This document shows positions 9,420-18,214 of a DNA stretch of 64,000 nucleotides, in pieces. A model generated the notes under the pieces. That model did no database searches. It worked only from the letters and a program-made list of their open reading frames with translations, and was not told the origin of the DNA. The DNA comes from Candidatus Nomurabacteria bacterium RIFCSPLOWO2_01_FULL_41_18 (GTDB lineage Bacteria > Patescibacteriota > Minisyncoccia > Phycocordibacterales > UBA9973). Numbering within the stretch: the stretch's first letter is position 1; every line of letters starts with the position of its first letter. Location: NCBI GenBank assembly GCA_001785865.1, contig MFUZ01000009.1:15309-79308 (forward strand). The letters are read 5' to 3'. Made by a program: the position numbers and the translations under genes.

Positions 9420-10286
9420 TCATCTCTTCAATAAAAAAGGAAGATCTCCGATCGAAGAGAGTTTGGACTTGTTTAGCCTTGGGGAAAGGACATCAATAAA
9501 TTTCTTGATTCTCGCGACTTCCGCATCGAGGCTCGCGAAATTGTTAAATTTTTTCCTTGTGTAAATGACCAGTTCCCCTTCTACCCATTCCATGTCGTGA
9601 TCCCATTTTGAATCAAGGAGCTCGGCAAAAATTTCCGGAGTAAAAATTTCCAGAGTTTCTATTTCGTATTCCTTTGGTGAGTATAGTTTGAACTTATCTG
9701 CAAATTGGGGCGGGACGGAAATATTGGCCAGAGAAGAAAACATCGAGGGAGGGTTTGCATGCCAGTCACCTTTATAATTCAAATAAAGATGCGGAAATGT
9801 TCCGGAAAATTTTATTTCGAAAACCGTAAATGAATAAGTTGTTTTGTGCTTGCCGTAGCCTACAGTGTACTGATATTCAAAGATGTGGAAGGGCTGGCCG
9901 TTGTAGGTGCCACTGATGCCATGATGCGATTTTGGAGAGTGGCCGATTTTGAATAAAAGTGCTTTTTCATCCAAAGTATTTTTGGTGGCTATATAATCCC
10001 ATTTATATTTCAAAGCGAGCTGCATCCAGAAGGCCTCGCGCACTTTGGAGTAAAGCATCGCCAGGTAAACGCCGAATAAGACCCACGGGGTGATAAGAAT
10101 ATAAAAACCGAGATCCGATAAGGTAATTTCCTTAGGCAAAAATATGAAGAAGCATACGCTCCAAGCTGTCGATATGAAAACAGCAAGAAAAATATTTTTG
10201 GATTTCTTTTTGAGAACAGCAAAAAATGCCTGTTTCGTGTCCAGCACCTCACCGTATTCTTTGAGAATAGGCGCAGTATTGCTCAT
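9420..10286 (-). CDS. Hypothetical protein with two N-terminal TM segments
   Basis: 288 aa ORF between the NYN gene and pnp. Confidence 0.8.
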   Translation of the reverse strand: MSNTAPILKEYGEVLDTKQAFFAVLKKKSKNIFLAVFISTAWSVCFFIFLPKEITLSDLGFYILITPWVLFGVYLAMLYSKVREAFWMQLALKYKWDYIATKNTLDEKALLFKIGHSPKSHHGISGTYNGQPFHIFEYQYTVGYGKHKTTYSFTVFEIKFSGTFPHLYLNYKGDWHANPPSMFSSLANISVPPQFADKFKLYSPKEYEIETLEIFTPEIFAELLDSKWDHDMEWVEGELVIYTRKKFNNFASLDAEVARIKKFIDVLSPRLNKSKLSSIGDLPFLLKR

Positions 10287-10289
10287 GTC

Positions 10290-10799
10290 TTATCTCACCC
10301 CGATTAGATATTTTTTAGGATTTTCAGAGAGATCCACAAAGTCGTCCACCGCTTCGCGGAGCTTGCCGGAGGTCGATTGACCGAAGGATACGACTTCTAC
10401 TTGCACGCCCATGGTCTGCAGATATTCCACTAGCGGAACAAAGTCGCCGTCGCCGGAGACTATGACTGCAGAGTCGAGGCGAGGAGACATTTTGATCGCG
10501 TCGACCGCGAGCCCAACATCCCAATCAGCTTTCTTTGATCCGCCTGAAAATATCTGTAAGTCCTTGGTCTTGGTTTCGATGCCTAGCTTCTGCAGAGCCT
10601 CAAAGAAATTTTTCTCGTCGCCCGCCTCGGTGGTGATGACATAGGCCACCGCCCGCACCAGCTTCCTGCCGGAGACCGCGTCTTTCAAGACTGCGCCAAA
10701 ATTGACTCTCGCTTTGTATAAATTGCGGGCCGAGTGATATAAATTTTGAGTATCGATAAAAACTCCGACTCTTTGCTCTTTGTGCTTAATGACTACCAT
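10290..10799 (-). CDS. NYN-domain (LabA/DUF88) protein
   Basis: FIDTQNL, KADWDV, SGDGDF motifs. Confidence 0.92.
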   Translation of the reverse strand: MVVIKHKEQRVGVFIDTQNLYHSARNLYKARVNFGAVLKDAVSGRKLVRAVAYVITTEAGDEKNFFEALQKLGIETKTKDLQIFSGGSKKADWDVGLAVDAIKMSPRLDSAVIVSGDGDFVPLVEYLQTMGVQVEVVSFGQSTSGKLREAVDDFVDLSENPKKYLIGVR

Positions 10800-10861
10800 A
10801 TATAAAAAAAATTATTAAAAATATTAAAAGTTCAACCTGAAGTAATTATACCAGATTATAA

Positions 10862-10945
10862 AAAATTAATATATGAGAAATTTTTGCGGATTTCTCCATC
10901 TGGTGATGGAACCTTCCCCGCCAAAATTTCTCATATTTTAATTTT
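10862..10945. repeat. Long-stem element with TTYCTCC-hairpin-GGAACCTTCC core
   Basis: 28-bp arms around TTTCTCCATCTGGTGATGGAACCTTCC; core recurs twice inside cca. Confidence 0.75.
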
Positions 10946-10953
10946 GAGTTTAA

Positions 10954-11217
10954 CTAGACGAGCTCAATCTTCTTCATCAAAGCGTTGTAGCGAGCTTTGT
11001 TTGTTCGCTCCAAGTATTTCAAATGAGTGCGCCTGTCGGCAACCATTTTGATGAGTCCCCTCCTAGAATGATTATCCTTTTTATGCTTCTTTAAATGTTT
11101 CGCCAATTCATCAATAGCCGCAGAAATCACAGCCACCTGTACTTCCGGAGAGCCCGTATCTTTATCGTGAATCTGATTTTTCTTTATAATTGCTTGCTTT
11201 TTCTTGGTTGCTAACAT
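10954..11217 (-). CDS. rpsO: 30S ribosomal protein S15
   Basis: DTGSPEVQVA, HKKDNHSRRGL. Confidence 0.97.
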   Translation of the reverse strand: MLATKKKQAIIKKNQIHDKDTGSPEVQVAVISAAIDELAKHLKKHKKDNHSRRGLIKMVADRRTHLKYLERTNKARYNALMKKIELV

Positions 11218-11335
11218 ACCCCGCATATTAGCATAAAGTAGCTAAAATTGCAACCTTCCCCTGTACCCCGTGATTATGTGTGAGCAAGCACTTTCTCATT
11301 ATAAAATATATTGTGCGACATGGTATAATTGGCAA

Positions 11336-12259
11336 ATGGCATCACTAAAGGAGCTAAAAAATCAATTCTTGGAATATGTGGAGATAGAAAAAGGCCGTGC
11401 TATCAGAACTGTAGAAAATTACGACCACTATCTGACTGTATTTCTCGAGCAAACAAAAATTACCGACCCAAAAAATATTACGGATGAAAAAGTTCGAGAT
11501 TTCCGTATTTGGCTCAATCGCCAGACGACTGGGAACAACCGCGCCACCGGAGACACGATAAAAAAGAAAACCCAGAATTATTATATGATTGCTCTGCGAA
11601 GTTTTCTCAAATTCCTAGCAAAAAGAAGCATCGCTTCTCTTCCCGCTGACCATATAGAACTTGCAAAAGTCGGTGAAAGACAAATCGACGTAATTTCGCA
11701 AGAGGAATTGAAAAGACTTTTGGATGCTCCTAACAAAGAAAAAAACTTGGAAAGGTGTGCGCGTGATAAAGCGATCATGGAAATGCTTTTCTCTACGGGT
11801 CTGCGTGTTTCAGAACTTTGTTCACTAAAAAATGACTTAGACTTGCATCTAGATGAATTCTCTATTAGGGGGAAGGGTGGCAAAGTGCGAGTTGTTTTCC
11901 TATCCGACGAGGCAAAAAAATCTGTTAAAGAATATTTATCGATTCGCAAAGATATATCAGACGCTCTTTTTGTGAAACTAAGCGATGAAATTTCAAAAAA
12001 AGAAACAACTGAAGGGCTCACTCGCCGTTCAATAGAAAGAATCGTAAAGAGGTATGCCACTATCGCCGGAATATCTAAAAAGGTAACCCCGCACGTGATT
12101 CGTCACGTTTTTGCCACCGACCTCCTATCAAATGGCGCAGATATCCGCTCCGTACAAGCCATGCTCGGCCATGCCAACATCGGCACCACACAGATATATA
12201 CGCACGTTACAGACAAACATTTGCGGGATATACATAAGAAGTTTCATAATAAAAATTAA
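11336..12259 (+). CDS. XerC/XerD-like tyrosine recombinase
   Basis: TGLRVSEL, PHVIRH, LGHANIGTTQIY; ATG 6 nt after TGgTATAAT. Confidence 0.93.
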   Translation: MASLKELKNQFLEYVEIEKGRAIRTVENYDHYLTVFLEQTKITDPKNITDEKVRDFRIWLNRQTTGNNRATGDTIKKKTQNYYMIALRSFLKFLAKRSIASLPADHIELAKVGERQIDVISQEELKRLLDAPNKEKNLERCARDKAIMEMLFSTGLRVSELCSLKNDLDLHLDEFSIRGKGGKVRVVFLSDEAKKSVKEYLSIRKDISDALFVKLSDEISKKETTEGLTRRSIERIVKRYATIAGISKKVTPHVIRHVFATDLLSNGADIRSVQAMLGHANIGTTQIYTHVTDKHLRDIHKKFHNKN

Positions 12260-12270
12260 AAAGACAACTT

Positions 12271-12300
12271 GGCATATTTACGCTATAGCGTATATATGTC
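12271..12300. repeat. 30-bp imperfect palindrome (related to 16973-17000)
   Basis: GGCATATTTACGCTATAGCGTATATATGTC. Confidence 0.6.
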
Positions 12301-12389
12301 GCATACTATGAAATCCCACGATCGTGAAGTTTTATAGAACAAATAGAAAAACCGCCCTCCAAACGGTTTCCCTTTGTTGAGCGGTTTGA

Positions 12390-12737
12390 TTAGTCTCTAA
12401 ATAACTCCCTGATTTCCTTAAAAAAGGAATAAAGGCTATCAAAGTCTTGGAGGCTGGGCAACCCTTCTGCTCTCAAAACTTTGTCTATCTCCGCGATATT
12501 TTCTTCTCCGACACAAGACTCGAGTTGATCTTGTCCGGATAGATTGGTATTCTCCTTGTACAACTCCCAAAAATATCGCACCCTTCTGTCCGCCAGTTCA
12601 GCAACAATGCCCGCGTTTTTAGGATTGTGAAGAATCTGTTTTTGGAAGTTTCCAGATTGGGAATACCATATCTGTTCTTCCAACTTTTCCCTAATTTTTT
12701 CCGGCTCCCACAAGAGTTCTTGTTTTTCTTTCTTCAT
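12390..12737 (-). CDS. Hypothetical protein
   Basis: 115 aa, preceded by AAAGGA. Confidence 0.65.
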   Translation of the reverse strand: MKKEKQELLWEPEKIREKLEEQIWYSQSGNFQKQILHNPKNAGIVAELADRRVRYFWELYKENTNLSGQDQLESCVGEENIAEIDKVLRAEGLPSLQDFDSLYSFFKEIRELFRD

Positions 12738-12763
12738 TCTTGTTTCCTTTCGTTTTGTTGTTG

Positions 12764-13009
12764 TTATTTTCTGTTTAATTCTTTCTCAATGCGGTTGTGG
12801 CAAAAACTCCTTAGTATCTCGAGTTTTTTACGCTCTTCTTCTAAATCAGGAGGCCCATCATCAAAAAACTCAAGGGCGCAAAACCTGGCAATACTATCAC
12901 GACAACTATGATAACGCTCTTCAGTATAAAGCAACAATTCTACAAATTCTTTTCCCGACAAGGAATCGACGTCACTTTCACTGTAATCAAATAAACTCTT
13001 TTTTTTCAT
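12764..13009 (-). CDS. Hypothetical protein
   Basis: 81 aa charged ORF. Confidence 0.6.
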   Translation of the reverse strand: MKKKSLFDYSESDVDSLSGKEFVELLLYTEERYHSCRDSIARFCALEFFDDGPPDLEEERKKLEILRSFCHNRIEKELNRK

Positions 13010-13206
13010 TTTTTTGCATTTCCGCTATATTATTTCGGGACAGCGAGGCTTCCTTTCAAGAGCCAACCCATTTATTAAGTTTTCAAACAACTTCTTTCAT
13101 CATTTTGACATATTTTTAGTATTTGTCAATAATTAAAGACATATTTGACAATAAAAGAGAAATAGACTATACTATTTGTATTTAGTAGTAATATATTGCC
13201 AATAAA

Positions 13207-14220
13207 ATGAATAATAAGGGACTGGATTTAATAGACCAAAAGATACTTTACGAGCTTGATTTGAATAGCGGGCAGTCTTTTTTGGATTTGGCGCAAAAAG
13301 TTGATATTCCAAATGAAACTGTCGCCTTTCGGGTCAAACGCTTGCAGAAAAATGGCTATATTAAGAATTTCATAACCAGTATAAACACTTCAAATTTAAA
13401 TAGTTTCTATTACAAATTCTTTTTTAAGTTTCAGAAAACAATTCCCAAAATAGAAAGAGATATTATTGATTATCTCCGCGCCTATCATGGGATAGCGTAT
13501 TTGGCTAGGCTCGAAGGCAGGTTTGATTGTACTTTTTTGGTTCTAGCGCAAGATATTTCTAATTTATATGCTTTTCTAGTTCCCTTCAAGGAAAAATTTG
13601 GAGAATATGTTTTGGAACAGGAAATTTTGACTATGACTTCAGTGCATAGATTTAATTTTCGCTTTTTTTATGAAGGCGGAAAATTACTCCATTCGCACTA
13701 CCCAGAAGAATTAAAAAGGCCTGACATAGATGACCTAGATTATGGGATTATCACTACCCTAGCGAAAAACTCGCGCGCAAGTTTGAGTGAAATGGCTAAA
13801 ACAAACAAAGTTCATCCGAATGTTATAAGATACAGAATCCAAAAACTTAAAAAGGGTGGATTTCTAGGAAATTCGGTCTTAGATATTAATTTTAAAAAGT
13901 TCGGAGTGGAACAATATCAAGTAGATTTCACTTTAAAAAACCAAAATGATGTGCAAAAAATTATAGATGCTGTGGCGCTACTACCCGAATCCACTTTTGC
14001 CACTGTGACTTTGGGTAAATACGATCTCGCCGTAGAATTCGCCGTAAAAAATAAAGATTCATTGAAAAGAATTTTGGATAGAATCAAAACTGAATTCAGC
14101 GACACGATCATCAGTCAAGATGTTTTTGAGATGGAAGAATATACCGTCAACTGGTTCCCATATAGTTTGAAGAAAAATGGCAAAGCAGAGACTCCGCTCC
14201 AAAATCAAACAGTGGTATAA
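13207..14220 (+). CDS. Tandem (double) Lrp/AsnC-family regulator
   Basis: Two LD..D..I...L..NS HTH modules, each followed by a G(R/K)(F/Y)D-type RAM domain. Confidence 0.88.
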   Translation: MNNKGLDLIDQKILYELDLNSGQSFLDLAQKVDIPNETVAFRVKRLQKNGYIKNFITSINTSNLNSFYYKFFFKFQKTIPKIERDIIDYLRAYHGIAYLARLEGRFDCTFLVLAQDISNLYAFLVPFKEKFGEYVLEQEILTMTSVHRFNFRFFYEGGKLLHSHYPEELKRPDIDDLDYGIITTLAKNSRASLSEMAKTNKVHPNVIRYRIQKLKKGGFLGNSVLDINFKKFGVEQYQVDFTLKNQNDVQKIIDAVALLPESTFATVTLGKYDLAVEFAVKNKDSLKRILDRIKTEFSDTIISQDVFEMEEYTVNWFPYSLKKNGKAETPLQNQTVV

Positions 14221-14227
14221 TTTACAA

Positions 14228-14884
14228 ATGGATTATCAGGCGCATAAAACATATTTCGAAACAGCTTACAAGACCGGCACCGACGTCTGGACACACAAGC
14301 CCACTAACAAACAAGTGGCGAAACTCACGAGCAAGCTCAAAAAAGGAGACATCATTTTAGAGCTCGGATCCGGTCGCGGGCTTTTTGCTAAACATCTTGC
14401 GGAAATAGGTTTCCGAGTGATTGGGCTCGATTTCGAAAGTGCCATAGTCAGAAAAGCGAACGAAGCCATCAAAGACTGGAAACTGGAAGGTAAAGTAGGC
14501 TTCTTGGAAGGAGACGCGCTCAATATTCCCCTGGTAAATGAGAACTTCGACGGAGCATGCGACTTTGGGCTTTTCGAAAATTTGTATAAAGAAGACTGGC
14601 CACAGTATGTAAAAGAAATACATCGTATCTTGAAGCCGGGAGGTCTCTACTTGAACGTATCCCTCTCCTCCAAGACATCCGGCTTTTTTGAATTTCATCC
14701 TTCCGCCTCGTCCACAAGAGAATTTGAGAAATACGGCGTGCATTATTATTTCTTTGAAGGTGGAGAGATAAAAAATATATTTAAAACCCACTTCGAGGTT
14801 GTCTCGCAGGAAGTGAAGCCAACCGAAGTCCAAAGAGGAATGAATAAGCTAACTTTGATCGAAACTCTTTTCAAAAAAATCTGA
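14228..14884 (+). CDS. Class I SAM-dependent methyltransferase
   Basis: ILELGSGRG, RILKPGG; ATG 6 nt after TGgTATAAT. Confidence 0.9.
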   Translation: MDYQAHKTYFETAYKTGTDVWTHKPTNKQVAKLTSKLKKGDIILELGSGRGLFAKHLAEIGFRVIGLDFESAIVRKANEAIKDWKLEGKVGFLEGDALNIPLVNENFDGACDFGLFENLYKEDWPQYVKEIHRILKPGGLYLNVSLSSKTSGFFEFHPSASSTREFEKYGVHYYFFEGGEIKNIFKTHFEVVSQEVKPTEVQRGMNKLTLIETLFKKI

Positions 14885-15708
14885 TGAAAATTATGTCTTG
14901 GAACGTGAACGGAATACGAGCAGTCCATAAAAAAGGGCTCTTTGTGCCATTCATAGAAAAATACCAGCCGGATATATTGTGCCTACAAGAAACCAAGGCA
15001 GAGCAGCACCAATCTGAAGTAAACCTGCCCGAGTACGAGGAATACTGGAATTCAGCAATTAAAAAAGGATACTCAGGCACTGCTATTTTCGTAAAAATAA
15101 AATCAGTCGGGAAACCACTTTCTGTAATAAATAATTTTCCTGAAAACATTGCAAAAAAATATAAATTAAAAGATACTTACGGCGATACGGAAACTGAAGG
15201 TAGAATAATCACCGCAGAATTTAAAGACTTTTACCTCGTGAGCGTCTATACTCCAAACGCCAAGGACGACCTCTCTCGCATTCCTTTGCGCTATAAGCAA
15301 TGGGATCCCGCTTTCCTCGAATATTGCAAAAGGCTGGAAATCAATGGTTCGGCAAGCTCACCACACGGAAAACCGGTAATCTTCTGCGGAGACCTGAATG
15401 TAGCGCACACACCGGACGACCTCGCCCGCCCCGGGGCCAACGAGGGGCTGAAAGGATTTACCAAAGAAGAGCGCGAAGGGATTCAAAAAATTGTAGACAA
15501 TGGCTTCGTAGATACTTTTCGCATTTTCACCAAAGGGCCAGGGCACTACTCCTGGTGGAGCCATTTCGCTAATGCGAGAGCGCGGAACGTGGGCTGGAGG
15601 ATAGATTATATTTTCGCAAGCAGCAAGCTCGCAAAGAAAATAAAAAGCGCTGAGATTTTTCCAGAAGTCTTGGGCTCCGACCACTGCCCTGTTTCAATAA
15701 AAACTTAA
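14884..15708 (+). CDS. xth: Exodeoxyribonuclease III / AP endonuclease
   Basis: SWNVNG, LQETK, GDLN, GWRIDY, SDHCP. Confidence 0.97.
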   Translation: MKIMSWNVNGIRAVHKKGLFVPFIEKYQPDILCLQETKAEQHQSEVNLPEYEEYWNSAIKKGYSGTAIFVKIKSVGKPLSVINNFPENIAKKYKLKDTYGDTETEGRIITAEFKDFYLVSVYTPNAKDDLSRIPLRYKQWDPAFLEYCKRLEINGSASSPHGKPVIFCGDLNVAHTPDDLARPGANEGLKGFTKEEREGIQKIVDNGFVDTFRIFTKGPGHYSWWSHFANARARNVGWRIDYIFASSKLAKKIKSAEIFPEVLGSDHCPVSIKT

Positions 15709-16253
15709 TAGGATTTGAAATATATGTGTTTATGGGAATTGAACATTTTGCGATAAAAATTCAGATCCCTATTCATGTTCTTGGAATTAAATATTATCTG
15801 ATCCATCCCCTCCCAGAGCAGAAACCACGCCGCGGGCTCCAAAAAGACGACTAGGAAAGACAAGAACAAGCTTTCCGAAGGATCTTTGAAAACAATAAAG
15901 GTAGCAGCCACCATAAAAATAATACCCATGATCACCATGCTTCGCCCGAGCTTGAGCACGCGATGCTTCTCTGCTGATAGTAGATGAAAATGCTTCTTGA
16001 AATGCACCGCTAGACGCTCCTTGATGACTTCTTCTTCGGATTCATTCCGATCTTTTTCAGGAATATGCAGCATGAGCTCTATCCCGCCCTGGTCTGCATC
16101 TGTCGCTGCTCGCTTGAGCTCTTCTAGAAAGTCTATCGAGAGCGCCCTCCTTCCAAACGGCCTCATGTCGAAATCCGAAAAGATATCGCTATACTGTTCC
16201 AGCCGGAGATAAATCTCCGCTCTTTCCTCGGCTAATGAAGATTGTTCTTTCAT
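15705..16253 (-). CDS. Two-TM hypothetical protein
   Basis: YSDIFSDFD..P...R.LS motif and two TM segments. Confidence 0.8.
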   Translation of the reverse strand: MKEQSSLAEERAEIYLRLEQYSDIFSDFDMRPFGRRALSIDFLEELKRAATDADQGGIELMLHIPEKDRNESEEEVIKERLAVHFKKHFHLLSAEKHRVLKLGRSMVIMGIIFMVAATFIVFKDPSESLFLSFLVVFLEPAAWFLLWEGMDQIIFNSKNMNRDLNFYRKMFNSHKHIYFKSY

Positions 16254-16324
16254 GTCTTAATATTACAATATTTTAGTAAAAACCGAAAGTTTATATTTAA
16301 TTATTTTTATGCTATATTAAAAAC

Positions 16325-16966
16325 ATGAATCATGCCAGATTGGACCAGCTTTCGGACGGAATTTTTGCAATCGTCATGACGATTCTGGTTTTTCAGATTG
16401 ACCTTCCTGACCTATGGGGCCCCGTGACCAACATGGAGCTTTGGTCTGAAATCCAAAGATTAATCCCGGTATTCTTGAGCTACATTTTGAGCTTTGCTCT
16501 ACTCTTCACCTATTGGCGTGCGCATCATTTTTTCATCTCCGTTTACGCAAAAAATATAGATTCCACGCTCATAAATATCAACGCCGTGTTCCTCATGTTG
16601 ATAAGCTTGGTTCCATTTTCGACTAGCCTGCTTGGCACCTTCAGCCACAATGAGCTTTCCGTCATAGTTTTCGGCATTCATATAATTCTTATCGGCCTTT
16701 GCCTGTACTGGATGCGAAAATACGTGCTCTACTCTCCGCACATCCAAAACCCGGAGATAACCAGGCACGAGATCCGCGGGAGTACTGTCCGCACCCTCGC
16801 TCCTGTAATCTTCGCCATAATAGCCATTCCTCTTTCCTTTTTCAGTATCTCTCTTTCGCTCGTCTTGTTTACGCTCGCTGTGATTTTCAATCTATCTTCC
16901 TACAGTACAAGACTTTTCGAGAATTTCACCAAAGAGATCTATGGAGAAAATTTGTCAAAACTGTAG
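16325..16966 (+). CDS. TMEM175-family potassium channel
   Basis: RLDQLSDGIFAIVMT and YWRAHH motifs. Confidence 0.9.
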   Translation: MNHARLDQLSDGIFAIVMTILVFQIDLPDLWGPVTNMELWSEIQRLIPVFLSYILSFALLFTYWRAHHFFISVYAKNIDSTLININAVFLMLISLVPFSTSLLGTFSHNELSVIVFGIHIILIGLCLYWMRKYVLYSPHIQNPEITRHEIRGSTVRTLAPVIFAIIAIPLSFFSISLSLVLFTLAVIFNLSSYSTRLFENFTKEIYGENLSKL

Positions 16967-16972
16967 TAGTTT

Positions 16973-17000
16973 ACACATTTACGCCATGGCGTAAATGTGT
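16973..17000. repeat. Perfect 28-bp palindrome between convergent genes
   Basis: ACACATTTACGCCATGGCGTAAATGTGT. Confidence 0.8.
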
Positions 17001-17001
17001 T

Positions 17002-17784
17002 TTATATATTTTTATCTAATCTTTTGGCTTCCGCCCAAGCGAGCTCGTAAATTTTTTTCATTGCATCGGCGATTTCTGAACTTTCAATGATGATGCCGAG
17101 CTTTTCTCTCCAAGAGGCAATCATAATTTTGTTGTCATAAATGTTTATTTCAGGAGAAAAAAGAAAAGTGTCTTTTGGCACCAGAGCAGTCTCTCGCATT
17201 TCTGCCTTATCGAAACTTCTGCGCTCTAGCCCTGTCTCGGTATTTGGGATGATTGCTCGTATGGCGATGCCCTTCCCCGCTCTTCTTTTGTAGTAATCAG
17301 GAAAATACCCCGGCAAACCTTCGTGCATATCCCCGACGCTCGCATAAGCCCGTATCGGCTCAGAGCTCGTGAGCGTATCTTCGTATACATGCTTGAGACC
17401 TTCTTTGCCTTCATAAAATCTGATTCGAGGGCGATTTTGTTTCACGTGAAGGCGCTCGAGCTCAGGAATAATAGTTTCGGATCTTTTTATATTCTCTGCC
17501 ATTTCTTCCGCTCTTTTTTTTAAATATGCGGTGATTGCTTCCGGCGACTCCACTGCATATTCTGATTTTGGCTCTTTGCCGGAAACAGAAACCAACCCTT
17601 TATTGGAAAGCGAACCCAAGATATCGTAGCTCGTGGTACGATTTATTCCTGCCTTACCGCTGATTTGTCTTACTGTTCCTTTTCCTAATTCCAAGAGGGC
17701 GACATACACGATCGTCTCTTTTTCGCTGAATCCAAAAGATTGAAGATTTAGTTTAAGTTGTTCATTTGTATCTTTCATATCCAA
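17002..17784 (-). CDS. TrmB-family transcriptional regulator
   Basis: GFSEKETIVYVALLELG wHTH; RFYEGKEG; EINIYDNK. Confidence 0.9.
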   Translation of the reverse strand: MDMKDTNEQLKLNLQSFGFSEKETIVYVALLELGKGTVRQISGKAGINRTTSYDILGSLSNKGLVSVSGKEPKSEYAVESPEAITAYLKKRAEEMAENIKRSETIIPELERLHVKQNRPRIRFYEGKEGLKHVYEDTLTSSEPIRAYASVGDMHEGLPGYFPDYYKRRAGKGIAIRAIIPNTETGLERRSFDKAEMRETALVPKDTFLFSPEINIYDNKIMIASWREKLGIIIESSEIADAMKKIYELAWAEAKRLDKNI

Positions 17785-17929
17785 ATTCTAATCTAGAAAA
17801 TATTCTGTGTCAATCTTTTTCCACAATAATATGTTGATAACTATAAATAGATTGTCGTCTATGGCTTATTTGATTATTTAATTGACGAAATCTATTGACA
17901 ATGACATATTATATTTATAAGATGATTGT

Positions 17930-18208
17930 ATGATAAAACACATAGAAAGTGGAATATCTGGAAAGGGCTTAGGACTTCATTATCTTCAATCAATAAGAAG
18001 TCTGGCTATTATGTGTCAAATCAAGGGTATAGTATTTACAAAGCCAGATGGTAGTATTAAGGTGGTGGCAAAGGGAGAGGAAAGAGATTTGCTAGAGTTC
18101 GCAAGCAAACTAGAAAGAGAAAGCAGCTCCCGGGAAATAGAGAACTTTTATACAAAATGGAGTGAACCAAATAAGGATTTAGAAAGTTTTCACGTAGTAA
18201 CTGGTTAA
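17930..18208 (+). CDS. Acylphosphatase-like protein with degenerate active site
   Basis: IKGIV...PDGSIKVVAKG fold motif; the VQGVGFR and N motifs are not conserved. Confidence 0.65.
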   Translation: MIKHIESGISGKGLGLHYLQSIRSLAIMCQIKGIVFTKPDGSIKVVAKGEERDLLEFASKLERESSSREIENFYTKWSEPNKDLESFHVVTG

Positions 18209-18214
18209 ATATAT

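Noticed and set aside
11336-13009. Integron or prophage at the tyrosine recombinase
   Set aside because: No IntI-specific insertion, attC array or phage genes; looks like a housekeeping Xer next to rpsO.
17438-17453. parS-like TGTTTCACGTGAAGGC in the TrmB gene
   Set aside because: Right arm broken and isolated from the cluster; possibly weak, not called.
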